From NCBI GenBank assembly GCA_046290225.1, contig JBKAGE010000042.1, positions 43,299-107,298 on the forward strand: DNA of 64,000 nucleotides. The letters run 5' to 3'. The notes under the pieces were generated by a model, which did no database searches, was not told the DNA's origin, and saw nothing but the letters and a program-made list of their open reading frames with translations. The position numbers and the translations under genes were made by a program. Shown piece after piece: positions 22,388-32,523 of this stretch; the stretch's first letter is position 1; every line of letters starts with the position of its first letter. The stretch comes from Bradymonadia bacterium (lineage in GTDB: Bacteria > Myxococcota_A > Bradymonadia > UBA7976 > UBA1532).

Positions 22388-23140
22388 TCAGAGCGAGATC
22401 CCCGCACACTCGTCGAAGGCCTCGCCACAGTTCTCTTCCCGACATGACACGCAGGCCTCGCCGGCGGCGTCGATGATGCAATCACCCGCACAGTTGGCGA
22501 TTGTGCAGTCAAAAACCTCAGCGAAACAGATCGCACACTCGGCCGACAAGCCGGTCTCGTCTGTGACGCACCCGCTGAAGCAGCTTGAGTCCTGACCGAT
22601 ACAACCCAACGCACAGTTGGTGGTCACGTCATCGAAATTCTCCAGAGCAAGCGACTCGATGTCACCTGGGTTGTCGCAGGCACCGTCGCCGTCACCAATG
22701 CCTGCCCCGGCGCCGCCCATACCGACATCACCACCGGCACCCCCAGGCATCGGATCTCCGCCCACAGGCTCACCGCCAGCGCCACCGCTGCCACCGGGCA
22801 GTGGTTCTCCGCCGACGGGCTCTCCACCGATCGGCTCGCCGCCCACACCACCAGACCCTCCGGGTTGTGGCTCGCCGCCCTCGCCCCCAGCACCTCCAGG
22901 CAGAGGATCTCCACCCACAGGCTCTCCCCCGGAGCCGCCTGGGAGCGCGCCACCTCCGACGGGCTCTCCTCCAGAGCCACCCGGCAACGCACCGCCGCCC
23001 ACAGCCCCCGAGCCTGCTTCGCCACCAGCGCCTGCTGCCGCACCTCCGGAGCCCTCGCCGCCCGATTCACTGTCGTCGTCACAGGCCACGGGCCATACCG
23101 CCATCGATGCCACAAGCACCCAGGCAAACTGCCGCTTCAT
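22388..23140 (-). CDS. Lipoprotein with Gly-rich repeats and a Cys-rich C-terminal domain
   Basis: Lipobox-like PVAC; repeated PGGSGGEPVGG; Cys-rich tail. Confidence 0.75.
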   Translation of the reverse strand: MKRQFAWVLVASMAVWPVACDDDSESGGEGSGGAAAGAGGEAGSGAVGGGALPGGSGGEPVGGGALPGGSGGEPVGGDPLPGGAGGEGGEPQPGGSGGVGGEPIGGEPVGGEPLPGGSGGAGGEPVGGDPMPGGAGGDVGMGGAGAGIGDGDGACDNPGDIESLALENFDDVTTNCALGCIGQDSSCFSGCVTDETGLSAECAICFAEVFDCTIANCAGDCIIDAAGEACVSCREENCGEAFDECAGISL

Positions 23141-23293
23141 ATGCTCTCCTCAGGCGCTGCCTGCGCCCTTCGGGGTCGACCCTGTGATCAACCCCACCTC
23201 TTGATTGTCTCGTGTGACTGAACGATACGGCAGACGAGTGATCGATTCACGCACGGTCGCTTATGGCACACGATCTGCTAATAGATTTTTGGT

Positions 23294-24457
23294 ATGCGCC
23301 GACTGTTCACCATCATCCTGTTGTCGATCCTGCCGATGGCGTGCGGCGAGGGTGATGTGGACGTCGATCCTGGCGCAGACGCTTCGAGGGGCTTCAGCTC
23401 TGCTGATGCTCAACCTGTGCCTGATCCCGCTGACGTGGGCCCTGATGATCCGCCCATGATCGATCCGCTCGATGTGCATTTCGAGTCGATCACCCCCGAG
23501 GGCGAGCTGCCCGACGCCCGCTGGGGCTTCATGGTGGCCGATCGAGGTGACGGCACGGCCCTGCTCTTCGGGGGCACTGACTTCAGCCCTGATGATCACG
23601 ACAGCGAGGCTTTTGCCGACGTCTGGCACGTCGACACCCGCATCATGCCCCCACTCTTCATCCCGATCCCCACCGATGCCGGGCCTCGGCCTCGCTATAT
23701 GGGCTGCGCAGCGTGGGATCCGATCGCTCAGAAAGCCCTCGTCGTCGGCGGCCGTGGGCTGCGATGGGGAGAAGAATTCGCCGAGACCTGGCAGCTCGAC
23801 CCTGTAGAAGGTACCTGGCGTCTCCTGACGCTCCCCGAGCACCCGACGCACACCAAGGGGTGCACGCTCTCGTGGTCTGATCACCGCAATGCCTTCTACC
23901 TGTTCGGTGGGGCTCACGATCTCGACCTGAGCAACGAGACCTGGCTCTTCGATCCGGAGAACCCTGGCTGGCAACACCTCGACACGCCGAAGTCGCCCTC
24001 TGCCCGACGGGACGCGGTGTTGATGCCTCATGGCGATCATCACCTGCTCCTCATGGGCGGCGAGGCGTATGGCGTGCGGCACAGGTACGGGGTCGAGGTG
24101 GTCTGGCCTGACGACATGTGGCTGTTCGATGTGCGTACTGAGCGCTGGGCGCCGGTGGCGATCGAGGGTGAGCGGCCCCCTGGCCGCCGCGCCCCCTGGG
24201 TGAGCACCACTGAGCACGGGCTCTACATGGGCTTCGGCCTCAGTGGGGCATACGCCGACGAGGTGCACGGTGATTTGTGGTGGTTCGACTTCGAACACAG
24301 CACCTGGACGCAGCTCGAGCTCGAGGATGGTCCTGAGGCCCGTGGGCTGACGGCGTGTCTGCCCGGCGGCCCCGGTGCTCTGGGGCTGATGTTCGGCGGG
24401 TTCGATCTCGAGGCGCCCAACGACGAGGTCTGGCAGCTCAAGCTGCGCATGCCCTGA
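23294..24457 (+). CDS. Kelch-repeat lipoprotein
   Basis: Lipobox-like PMAC; repeated LFGG...W motifs. Confidence 0.8.
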   Translation: MRRLFTIILLSILPMACGEGDVDVDPGADASRGFSSADAQPVPDPADVGPDDPPMIDPLDVHFESITPEGELPDARWGFMVADRGDGTALLFGGTDFSPDDHDSEAFADVWHVDTRIMPPLFIPIPTDAGPRPRYMGCAAWDPIAQKALVVGGRGLRWGEEFAETWQLDPVEGTWRLLTLPEHPTHTKGCTLSWSDHRNAFYLFGGAHDLDLSNETWLFDPENPGWQHLDTPKSPSARRDAVLMPHGDHHLLLMGGEAYGVRHRYGVEVVWPDDMWLFDVRTERWAPVAIEGERPPGRRAPWVSTTEHGLYMGFGLSGAYADEVHGDLWWFDFEHSTWTQLELEDGPEARGLTACLPGGPGALGLMFGGFDLEAPNDEVWQLKLRMP

Positions 24458-24489
24458 TCATGCTGCCGCGCCTCAGGGGGTGAAGTCGA

Positions 24490-24750
24490 TCAGGGTTTGA
24501 TCGGCGCACCGGGCCGGTCTCGACGCGTTTTCCCTTTCAAAATCTGCGTACCCGGCGCGCTGAGTGTGTTCCCCTTCTGCCCCTTCAACACCTGAGTGCC
24601 CGGGGTGCCGAGGCGCCCGGTCTTCTGACCTTTCTTGGCCTGAACGGCCTGGGGTGCTTTCTCGGCCCGCTTCTGAGGCGGCGCGGCGAAGGCGGGGGCG
24701 CATAGACCAGCGACAGCAAGGGCGGTGAGGGCAATTCGAATCGTCGACAT
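24490..24750 (-). CDS. Small basic secreted protein
   Basis: GAGGAG RBS; signal peptide ending AFA; duplicated PGTQ(V/I)LKG motif. Confidence 0.6.
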   Translation of the reverse strand: MSTIRIALTALAVAGLCAPAFAAPPQKRAEKAPQAVQAKKGQKTGRLGTPGTQVLKGQKGNTLSAPGTQILKGKTRRDRPGAPIKP

Positions 24751-24880
24751 GTACGTCTCCTCGGTCAATGGGGGTATCGAGGCCGCTCTGGCCCCATGAG
24801 AGACGTATCGGTGTTCGGCTTGAGCGTGCCCACTGCTGGGTGGGTCGCCGGGGGGTCAGCCGCCATGGGCGGCAAGCGGG

Positions 24881-27697
24881 TCAGTCTGAGGACTGACCCA
24901 CAGAATCCAGATCGATCACCACCCGAAACCCGATGCTGGACAGTCGCGTGGTGGGGTACTGGCCGAAGCGCCCCGCGGGATGACACAAGAACGCGTACAG
25001 ATTCCACGATCCGCCTCGGATCGCCCTCTGGTGCTCGTCGAACCACGACGAGGTCCATTCTCTGACACCGCCCGCCATGTCGTGCACCCCATAGGGCGAG
25101 ATGTCGGAGGCGAACTTGCCCACCGGCTGAGGGGTGGGCGGGCCCTCTGCAGAGCCGCGAATGCAGCAGAAGGTCGGATCGAAATGATCGCCCCACGGAA
25201 ACACCCGGCCATCAGTGCCACGGGCGGCCTTCTCCCATTCGGACTCGGTGGGCAGGCGATGGGTCCAGCCGGTGCGGGCGGTGCGCCACGCGCAGTAGGC
25301 CTCGGCGTCGACGACGTTGACGTTGAGCACGGGCCAGTCGGGCAGCCACCGATCGCCCTCTTCGTCTTCTTCAGGCAACAGCCACCGGCCGTGCTCATCT
25401 TGTCGCCAGAGCGGCTCTTGCTCTTGCGGTACGTGCTGGCGGGCGAGTTCGGGGCTCAAATCATCGAGGAAGGCCTGATATTCGGCGCACGTCACCGGCA
25501 ATTTGCTGATGGCGAAGGCGCCGACGGGGATCAGCCCCGAGGGCAATGGCATGACCGCCTGAGGATCGTGCCCTCGCAAGAAGCTGCCCCCTGAGATCAT
25601 GACAAAGCCGGCCTCTTCGAGGGTCTTGGGGGCCATGTTGATCTCGAAGCTCAACTCGTCACCCTGCCACGCGGTGACGGGCAACCGCGCGGGGGCATGC
25701 CCTGGCGCGGTGATCTCGAGCAATACGCGGCCCACGGGGAGCGGATAGCCCTTGAGCGGGGTCTGGCCAAGCACTCGAGGCTGCATGGCCACGAGCTGTC
25801 GATCGCGATCGACGTACCGGTAGAGCGTAACCTTGGCGCCTGGGGGATTGGTCTCCAAGGAGAGCGGCACCACCTGCGCGAGTCGATCCTGGTAATCGCC
25901 GTCGTCGTATCGCGCCACGGCGTTGATGTGTCGTCGGGCGCCAAGGGCGTCGAATCGGTCCCGAGCACGCCGGTACTGGTCCCAGTGCATGCGGGCAAGG
26001 TGCCCGCGGGCTTCGCTGTGATCGACCACGTGCTCCAGCGCCTGAGTGAACTTGCGCTCAGCCCAGGTGTGGGCTTCGGCGAGCTCTTTCTCGAGCCAGG
26101 CCTGTCGATCTTCTTTCTCCCACCGCGCGCGTTTCTCTTCTTGGGGAGCATGGGCCCCTGGCGGTGGTGTGGTGGCGAGCAGCTCGGTGAGCCCCGCGAG
26201 CTCGTCGGCGATCATGCCGGTGTACCAGAGCGTCTCTTCGCCTTCTTGCACCAGCCGCTGGGCCTCTTCGGTGCGGCGGGCGTTCTCCCGTGCACCGTTC
26301 AAGTACCTCTCGATGTCGTCGTAGAGGGCACGGGCGGTGGGGTACCGCGCCTCTCGCTCTCGCTGAAGCGCCCGGAGACAAATCTCTTCGAGATCGGGCG
26401 GCACCTCTCGCTCTGGGGCGCGCTGCCTCGGGGGCACCACGGGCTGACGCACTGTGGCCATCAAGATGGCGAGGGGGGTGGCCCCGGCGTGGGGTGAGCT
26501 GCCGGTCAGGATCTCGTAGAGCACCGCCCCGAGGGCCCACACATCGGTCCGCCGATCGACGAGGGAGACGTCGCCGGTGGCCTGCTCCGGGGCCATATAC
26601 CCTGGGGTGCCGAAGATGGCCCCCGCCTGGGTCTGAGCGCTGTCGCCGGTGAGGGAGATGGGGGTGGCTGGCGTGAGCGTCGGTGAAAACGGCTCTGCCT
26701 CCCCATGGACCAGAGGCAGATTGCCTTCGTCGAGGATCTTGGCGATGCCCCAATCCATGACCAGGGCCTCACCAAAGTCTCCGATCATGATGTTGTCGGG
26801 CTTGAGATCTCGATGGATCACGCCCTTGGCGTGGGCATAGTCGACGCCCAGGCACACCTGGCTGAACAGCTGCAGCATACGGAACCGGGTGAACTCGGCC
26901 TGGAGCGCAGCGTCGCCGCCGTTGAGGGCCTCGAGCAGCTCTTTGAGTGATCGCCCCCTCACCCGCTCCATGGCGAAGTAGGGCCGGCCGTCGTCACAGG
27001 TGCCGATCTCGTACACGGGCACCACGCTGGGGTGCTCGAGCTGAGCGGTGGTCTGAGCTTCGGCGAAGAACCGGGCCTTCATCCGCGTGGGGGCCTCGGC
27101 GGCGCTGAGGATCTTCACCGCCACCTGCCGACCCATCAGCCGATCGTCGGCGGCCATGACCACACCCGCGCCGCCACGGCCGAGCTCTTCGGTGACGGTA
27201 TATCGTCGGTTGAAGGCCCGGCCATCGGGGGCAAGGGCCAGCAGCTGATCGGAGGAGACGCTCAATCCCAGATCGGGCGCAGGTTTCTCCGGAGGCCCTA
27301 CAGTGTCGGATCCGCCGAGATCGAGCACCACCGGATCTTCTGCGGCGAGTGTGGCCTCTCCCGAGGGGTCGTCGAAGTCTTCCGGGGCCATGGTGCTGGC
27401 CATCGAAAGATCGGGCTGCACCGTGTCGTGCTCGCCATGACCCAGATCGCCATAGGCAAGGGTAGAGGGCCTCACCTGCCGGCCGAGGGCGGCGAGGGTG
27501 ACCTCGTCCACGAGGCCCCATCGGCTCATGAGGGCGCGGGGGTCTTCGCCGGTGGTGCCTGCCGTGTGGGCCACCTCCACCATCTGCTGATCGGTGAGCA
27601 GGCCTTGAGCCTTGGCGGCGAGGAGAAGTTGAAGTTCTTCCGCTGGGATCATGTCCGGGTGTTTGCGGCGTTGATGCGCATCGCCGTAGGGTACCAA
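24881..27697 (-). CDS. Ser/Thr protein kinase fused to PEGA-like and FGE-sulfatase (SUMF1) domains
   Basis: LGRGGAG, HRDLKPDN, DWGIAK and GTPGYMAPE kinase motifs; RLPTESEWEKAARG and GVREW; start may be ATG 27652. Confidence 0.9.
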   Translation of the reverse strand: MVPYGDAHQRRKHPDMIPAEELQLLLAAKAQGLLTDQQMVEVAHTAGTTGEDPRALMSRWGLVDEVTLAALGRQVRPSTLAYGDLGHGEHDTVQPDLSMASTMAPEDFDDPSGEATLAAEDPVVLDLGGSDTVGPPEKPAPDLGLSVSSDQLLALAPDGRAFNRRYTVTEELGRGGAGVVMAADDRLMGRQVAVKILSAAEAPTRMKARFFAEAQTTAQLEHPSVVPVYEIGTCDDGRPYFAMERVRGRSLKELLEALNGGDAALQAEFTRFRMLQLFSQVCLGVDYAHAKGVIHRDLKPDNIMIGDFGEALVMDWGIAKILDEGNLPLVHGEAEPFSPTLTPATPISLTGDSAQTQAGAIFGTPGYMAPEQATGDVSLVDRRTDVWALGAVLYEILTGSSPHAGATPLAILMATVRQPVVPPRQRAPEREVPPDLEEICLRALQREREARYPTARALYDDIERYLNGARENARRTEEAQRLVQEGEETLWYTGMIADELAGLTELLATTPPPGAHAPQEEKRARWEKEDRQAWLEKELAEAHTWAERKFTQALEHVVDHSEARGHLARMHWDQYRRARDRFDALGARRHINAVARYDDGDYQDRLAQVVPLSLETNPPGAKVTLYRYVDRDRQLVAMQPRVLGQTPLKGYPLPVGRVLLEITAPGHAPARLPVTAWQGDELSFEINMAPKTLEEAGFVMISGGSFLRGHDPQAVMPLPSGLIPVGAFAISKLPVTCAEYQAFLDDLSPELARQHVPQEQEPLWRQDEHGRWLLPEEDEEGDRWLPDWPVLNVNVVDAEAYCAWRTARTGWTHRLPTESEWEKAARGTDGRVFPWGDHFDPTFCCIRGSAEGPPTPQPVGKFASDISPYGVHDMAGGVREWTSSWFDEHQRAIRGGSWNLYAFLCHPAGRFGQYPTTRLSSIGFRVVIDLDSVGQSSD

Positions 27698-27729
27698 CTC
27701 GAAAAGAGATTCGCCACGAAGGGGGCACC

Positions 27730-28287
27730 ATGATCACGCAGACGAGGTTCTTCTGGCCACTGGCCTTGATCGCAGCCCTCGCGCTCAACACCGGCTGCGC
27801 CGTCAAATCAGACACGATCCTCGCTGATCAAGACAGCGGCACCTCCTTTCAAGAGGGCAGCAACCGCGGCGTGCCCACTGCGGACACGATCACGGCGTAC
27901 GACGGCTGCGACGTCGATCTCACCTGCTCTGCAGACTGCGCTGAAGATCTCGACTGCGCCCCCGGCGTCGCAGAGGCAGACGCAGGCGTGGAGACCCTCG
28001 CACCTGAAGGCCCAGACCCACTCGTAGACGAGCAGATGGTCACGGTAGCCCCCAACGAGAGCCACTGGTGGTCGGGCACCCTGAGCGGCACGGTGGTGGT
28101 GGGGGCCCAGGACGCCGACGGGGTGATCACCCTGGCGGCATATGACGACGCTGGGGCTCTCCTCGCCCGCAGCACTGATCAGGCAGCGATGGTCCTCGAT
28201 CTCGAAGCCGAAACGCAGGTGCTGGTCCGTGCGGCCTCGCCGGGGGGCGAAGTGGCCTTCGTGCTCCGGGTGATCCCCGCCGAATGA
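27730..28287 (+). CDS. Hypothetical lipoprotein
   Basis: Signal peptide ending NTGC; short Cys motif CDVDLTCSADCAEDLDC. Confidence 0.6.
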   Translation: MITQTRFFWPLALIAALALNTGCAVKSDTILADQDSGTSFQEGSNRGVPTADTITAYDGCDVDLTCSADCAEDLDCAPGVAEADAGVETLAPEGPDPLVDEQMVTVAPNESHWWSGTLSGTVVVGAQDADGVITLAAYDDAGALLARSTDQAAMVLDLEAETQVLVRAASPGGEVAFVLRVIPAE

Positions 28288-28453
28288 GACCCTGCGGCAA
28301 CCTGACAGACACCTGACCTGGGCGCTTGCACGACTTCTGCACATTTTCGCCTCGACCTCGCCCCACCCTCGCCCGGGTTTGAGCACACCACCCCTCTAAG
28401 CTCACTGACAGTCGACCCCACCGATGGGTGCTCGCAGTTGATGCTGACAGGAG

Positions 28454-29161
28454 GTGTTTATGACCACGGCCACGCTCGACCCATCTTCGGAGGCTCCCTC
28501 GTCGGAATCTCCATCACCTGAGGCCCCGTCACCCACAGCGCAGGCATCTGAGCCTGCCCAGGGCACAGCAGCGCCGGCGTCAGAGGCGCGTAGACACGCA
28601 CCGCCCCCGCCTGAGCGCCCGAAGCTGCCAGCATCGGCCTATGACATCGAGGCCAGCGGTCAGCGCATCGCTGCAGGTGTATGTGGCGCCGCCCTCGTGG
28701 GCGCCACCCTGGGCATGGGCGGCGGGCCCATGTCGAGCCTGGCCCTCGCCGCAGCCCTGCCAGCCATCTGGCTCGGTGTGGCAGCCCTCACTGCCCCGGC
28801 GCTCTACATCGGCTCGGCCTTCGTCGGGGTGGCTCCGGCGCCCAGTCGGATCTTCGGCGCCCTCAAGCGCGGCCTCGCTGACACCGGCCTAGTGCTCCTG
28901 GGGCTTGCCCCGGCGCTGTTGCTGATGTCCGCCACGAGCGGCGAGCGCATGGCGCGAGAGCTCTTGAGCCTGGCCACCATCGTCTTTGGCGCAGTCTTGG
29001 GGCTCTGGATGGTCTACCCCCGTCTCTTCGGGCCCATGGAGACCTCTCCAGAGGCCGACGACATCATCCGTTGGCGCTCCCGCGGGTTGTGGGTGGGCTG
29101 GTCGGTGATCTGCCTCGGCATTGGCGCCCACATGCTCTTTCGTGTCGCCACGGCGCTCTGA
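28454..29161 (+). CDS. Multi-pass membrane protein (paralog of the next gene)
   Basis: About 5 hydrophobic segments; GATLGM motif shared with 29209-30021; GGAGG RBS suggests ATG 28460. Confidence 0.7.
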   Translation: MFMTTATLDPSSEAPSSESPSPEAPSPTAQASEPAQGTAAPASEARRHAPPPPERPKLPASAYDIEASGQRIAAGVCGAALVGATLGMGGGPMSSLALAAALPAIWLGVAALTAPALYIGSAFVGVAPAPSRIFGALKRGLADTGLVLLGLAPALLLMSATSGERMARELLSLATIVFGAVLGLWMVYPRLFGPMETSPEADDIIRWRSRGLWVGWSVICLGIGAHMLFRVATAL

Positions 29162-29208
29162 TTCACACCGCCCCGATACCGCCCCAATTCATGCAGTGAG
29201 GAAAGACG

Positions 29209-30021
29209 ATGCACGCAACGGCAACGCCCGATCTCGACACGACGCCGACACAGGCGCCACCCTCTGATGGTGCATGGAGCGCCCTAGGTCTCATCGACGA
29301 CCTGCTGCGCAACCGCACCGCGGCCCTGAACACGCTCGAAGATCCTGCAACGACGGCCCAGAGCGCCCGCACCCTGGTCACCACCATCATCCTGGGCACG
29401 GGGGTGCTCGGCGCCACCCTGGGCATGTACCGCGGCGGCTGGCAGGTGCTCTACGCCGCGGTGAAGTTGCCCCTGGTGGTCCTGCTCACAGCAGGCTTCT
29501 GCACCCCCGCCTTCTCGGCGATGCAGGCGGCCCTTCACGGTCGTACCCGCATCCGCCGTGATCTGCTGGTGGTCCTGGGCACCCTGGCGCTGTCGAGCAT
29601 GCTCGGCGCCGCCTGCGCCCCCCTGCTCATGCTGGCCATGAGCGTGCAGGTGAACTACCACACGCTGACTCTGCTCACGGTGATGTGCTGTGCCGTGGCC
29701 GGGGCCGGCGGGCTGACGTTCTTCTTCGGCGCTCTGAAACGCTGGGTGGGCAGCCGCCAGAAGCTCATGGCGCTGACCTTGTTCCTGGTTTTCTCTTCTG
29801 TGGGCAGCCAGATGACGTGGACCCTGCGGCCCTTCCTGGTGCGACCCCGTACAGTGGAGGTGCCCTTCGTCCGCGGGATCGAAGGTGGCTTCGTCGACGC
29901 GGTGCTGCAGTCGCTCGACTCTGCTCAAGGGCGCTACCGCAGGGGCGCTGCCCCTCTGCCCGACGCCGAGTACGACCGCTCCGAGCAATGGCGCCAGGAG
30001 CGCCGTGAGGATGCACGATGA
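29209..30021 (+). CDS. Multi-pass membrane protein
   Basis: About 5 TM segments; AVKLPLV and VGSQMTWTLRPF motifs. Confidence 0.75.
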   Translation: MHATATPDLDTTPTQAPPSDGAWSALGLIDDLLRNRTAALNTLEDPATTAQSARTLVTTIILGTGVLGATLGMYRGGWQVLYAAVKLPLVVLLTAGFCTPAFSAMQAALHGRTRIRRDLLVVLGTLALSSMLGAACAPLLMLAMSVQVNYHTLTLLTVMCCAVAGAGGLTFFFGALKRWVGSRQKLMALTLFLVFSSVGSQMTWTLRPFLVRPRTVEVPFVRGIEGGFVDAVLQSLDSAQGRYRRGAAPLPDAEYDRSEQWRQERREDAR

Positions 30022-30701
30022 TCTTCGAAGCCCTGGCTGTACTCTATCTGGGCGTGGGCCTGGGCTGGGCAGCAGCGGTGATCTGTCTGAAACGCCCCAC
30101 TGCCGCCGAGGGCTTTGTGGAGGTGGCGCTTCTGGTGCCCTTCTGGCCGGTGTACGGGCCCTTCATGGCGCCGCTGAGCGAGGCGGCCATCCCCGTGCCG
30201 GCGTCTGCGCAGACGCCCTCTGAAGATGCCCCTCTCCTGCACACTTTGAGGCTGGCTCAGGGGGCGCCTCTCGCAGCGCTGCTGCCCGACGAGGGTCAGG
30301 CCCGCCGCCTCGTGGCTCAGATCGAAGCGGCGGTGCGCCGTGTAGAAGAGATTGACCATCTGCTCGCTGATCCCGACTTCTGCGCAGAGTCGGTGCAGGG
30401 GCGCATCGTGACCCTCGAGTCAGCAGGGCGCGCAGGTGCAGCCCGGGCGGCCCGGGGCAACCTCAAGAACATCGAGCGCCTCGAGCGCCTGAGATCACGC
30501 ACCCTCGAGGAGCTGGACGAAGTGGCCGAGCTGATGCGGCAACTGCGATTGCAAGCTGAGGTGTTGAGGCTGTCAGGGGAGCGGGCGGGTCAGCAACGCG
30601 GCGATCTGGCCCGGGCGCTGATGGCCCGAGTCGAAGGTCTGGAGGGGGTACTGGAAGACGACGTGCTCGGCCTCAACGGGGCCAGCGCGATTGCCCCTTG
30701 A
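30018..30701 (+). CDS. Membrane-anchored coiled-coil hypothetical protein
   Basis: N-terminal TM segments and helical C-terminus; ATGA overlap with the upstream gene. Confidence 0.7.
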   Translation: MIFEALAVLYLGVGLGWAAAVICLKRPTAAEGFVEVALLVPFWPVYGPFMAPLSEAAIPVPASAQTPSEDAPLLHTLRLAQGAPLAALLPDEGQARRLVAQIEAAVRRVEEIDHLLADPDFCAESVQGRIVTLESAGRAGAARAARGNLKNIERLERLRSRTLEELDEVAELMRQLRLQAEVLRLSGERAGQQRGDLARALMARVEGLEGVLEDDVLGLNGASAIAP

Positions 30702-30707
30702 GGCGCA

Positions 30708-32451
30708 TCAGCGCCAGATGCTCTGGGCGCGTCGCACGAGCTGGATGAACTCGATGCGATCGCCCAGGGGCTCGTCTTCTCGGGTGGCCAGCCCGATGAC
30801 CTCGTCGAACAGATCACCCTCGCTGTGCTGGCTCCGGCGCAAAATCTCGGCAAACTCCGCTACGGCGAGCACGAACCGGAAGTCCTCGCTGAGATCGTCG
30901 ACGGCAGCCTGCAACGCCCCGAGCTGCATGAAGGTGCTGAACTCGATGCCGGGTCGATCAGGATCCCCCTCGGGGGTCTTGTACCGGAACCGCACCTCGG
31001 CGAGGGTCTCGTTCGGGCCGGGCTCCGGCTCACCCTCTTCGGTCTCGGCGAGCTCGATCTCGTAGAGCGCGGTCACAAAGTGGCCTGAGCCGATCTCACC
31101 GGCGTCCACGGTGTCGTCGCGGAAGTCCTGGTGGTCGAGCACCCGGTTCTCGTACCCCACGAGGCGGAACCGCTCCACCCGCAGCGGGTTGAACTCCACC
31201 TGAATCTTCACATCCTTGGCGATGACCTGCAGCGTGCTCACGAGCCGCTCACCCAAGACCCGCAGGGCCTCGTTCCGGCTGTCGACGAAGGCGTAGTTGC
31301 CATCGGCGCGGTTGGTCAGATCTTCGAGGAAGCTGTCGTTGAACTGGTAGCCGTAGCCGAGCACGGTCATGTAGACCCCGCGATCACGCCACGACTCCAC
31401 CTCTCGAATGAGAGGCTCGCCGGTGAGCCCCACGTTGAAGTCACCATCAGTGCACAGCACGACCCGATTGATGCCCCCTTCGACATAGGCCTGCTCGGCG
31501 AGGGCGTACGCCTCGCGCAGGCCGCCGGCGCCATTGGTACCACCCCCAGAGGTGAGGCCGTCGATGGCCTCAAAGATGATCCCCCGATCTTCGACGCGGG
31601 TGGGCTCAAGCAAGACAGTGTTCCGACCTGCATAGGTGACGATGGACAACGTGTCGTCGTGCTGCAGGCTGTTGGTGAGCAGCTTGAGCGAGTGCTGCAC
31701 GAGGCCGAGCTTGTTGGGCGTGCTCATCGAGCCGGAGACGTCGATCAGGAACACCAGGTTGGCGGGATCTCGGTCTTCCGGTGCGATCTCCATGCCCTTG
31801 ATGCCGATCTTCATCATCTGCTTGCCCTCGCCGAAGGGCGAAGGGCCGGCCTCCATGTGCACGGAGAACGGGTGGGCATCGTCGGGCCTCGGAGAGGGGT
31901 AGTCGTAACGGAAGAAGTTGATGAACTCTTCGATGCGCACCGACGTGGGGATCGGCAATGCCTCGCGCCTCAGCTGGGCACGGGTGGCGGTGTAGCTCGC
32001 AGTGTCGACGTCGACGGAGAAAGTCGACAAGGCGTCTTCTTCGGCGTCGACGAAGTCATTCTCGACGAGATCGCCGGGCTGCGGCTGGTCGGGATCGTCC
32101 ACCTCATCCATGGGCGGTGGGGCACCGGCATCGGGCCCTGCTTGTGGCCCTCCGCCCATGCCTCCACCGCCCCCTGCGCCCCCGCCCCCACCGGCGCCCC
32201 CGCGTAACCCCGGCGCCAGCGTATCCTCCACCTGCTTCCCCGCCTCCACCGCCATAGTTGTCTTCATCGTAATAGCCGCCCCCGGCACCACCCCCAGCAC
32301 CAGCGGCACCGCCCCCGGCACCGCCTGCATACTGACCGCCGCCGTCAGACGAGCCAGAGCTGCTGTCCGACTCGTTGTCGTCGCAGCCGGTGGTGAGACC
32401 CACGACCGCGGCGAGCAATCCCAAAGCAAAGATGTGATTTCGTGAATTCAT
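30708..32451 (-). CDS. vWA/YfbK-like lipoprotein, apparently frameshifted near 32200-32211
   Basis: STFSVDVDTASY, RIEEFINFF, DVSGSM (MIDAS) and TDGDFNVG motifs; the lipoprotein signal (LTTGC, ATG 32451) is in another frame. Confidence 0.8.
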
Positions 32452-32523
32452 GTGCGCTCTCCTGCAATGCCTGAGAGCACCAGAGGTACCTGTTCGAATT
32501 CCTTACAGGATTTTTTGAGCGCT

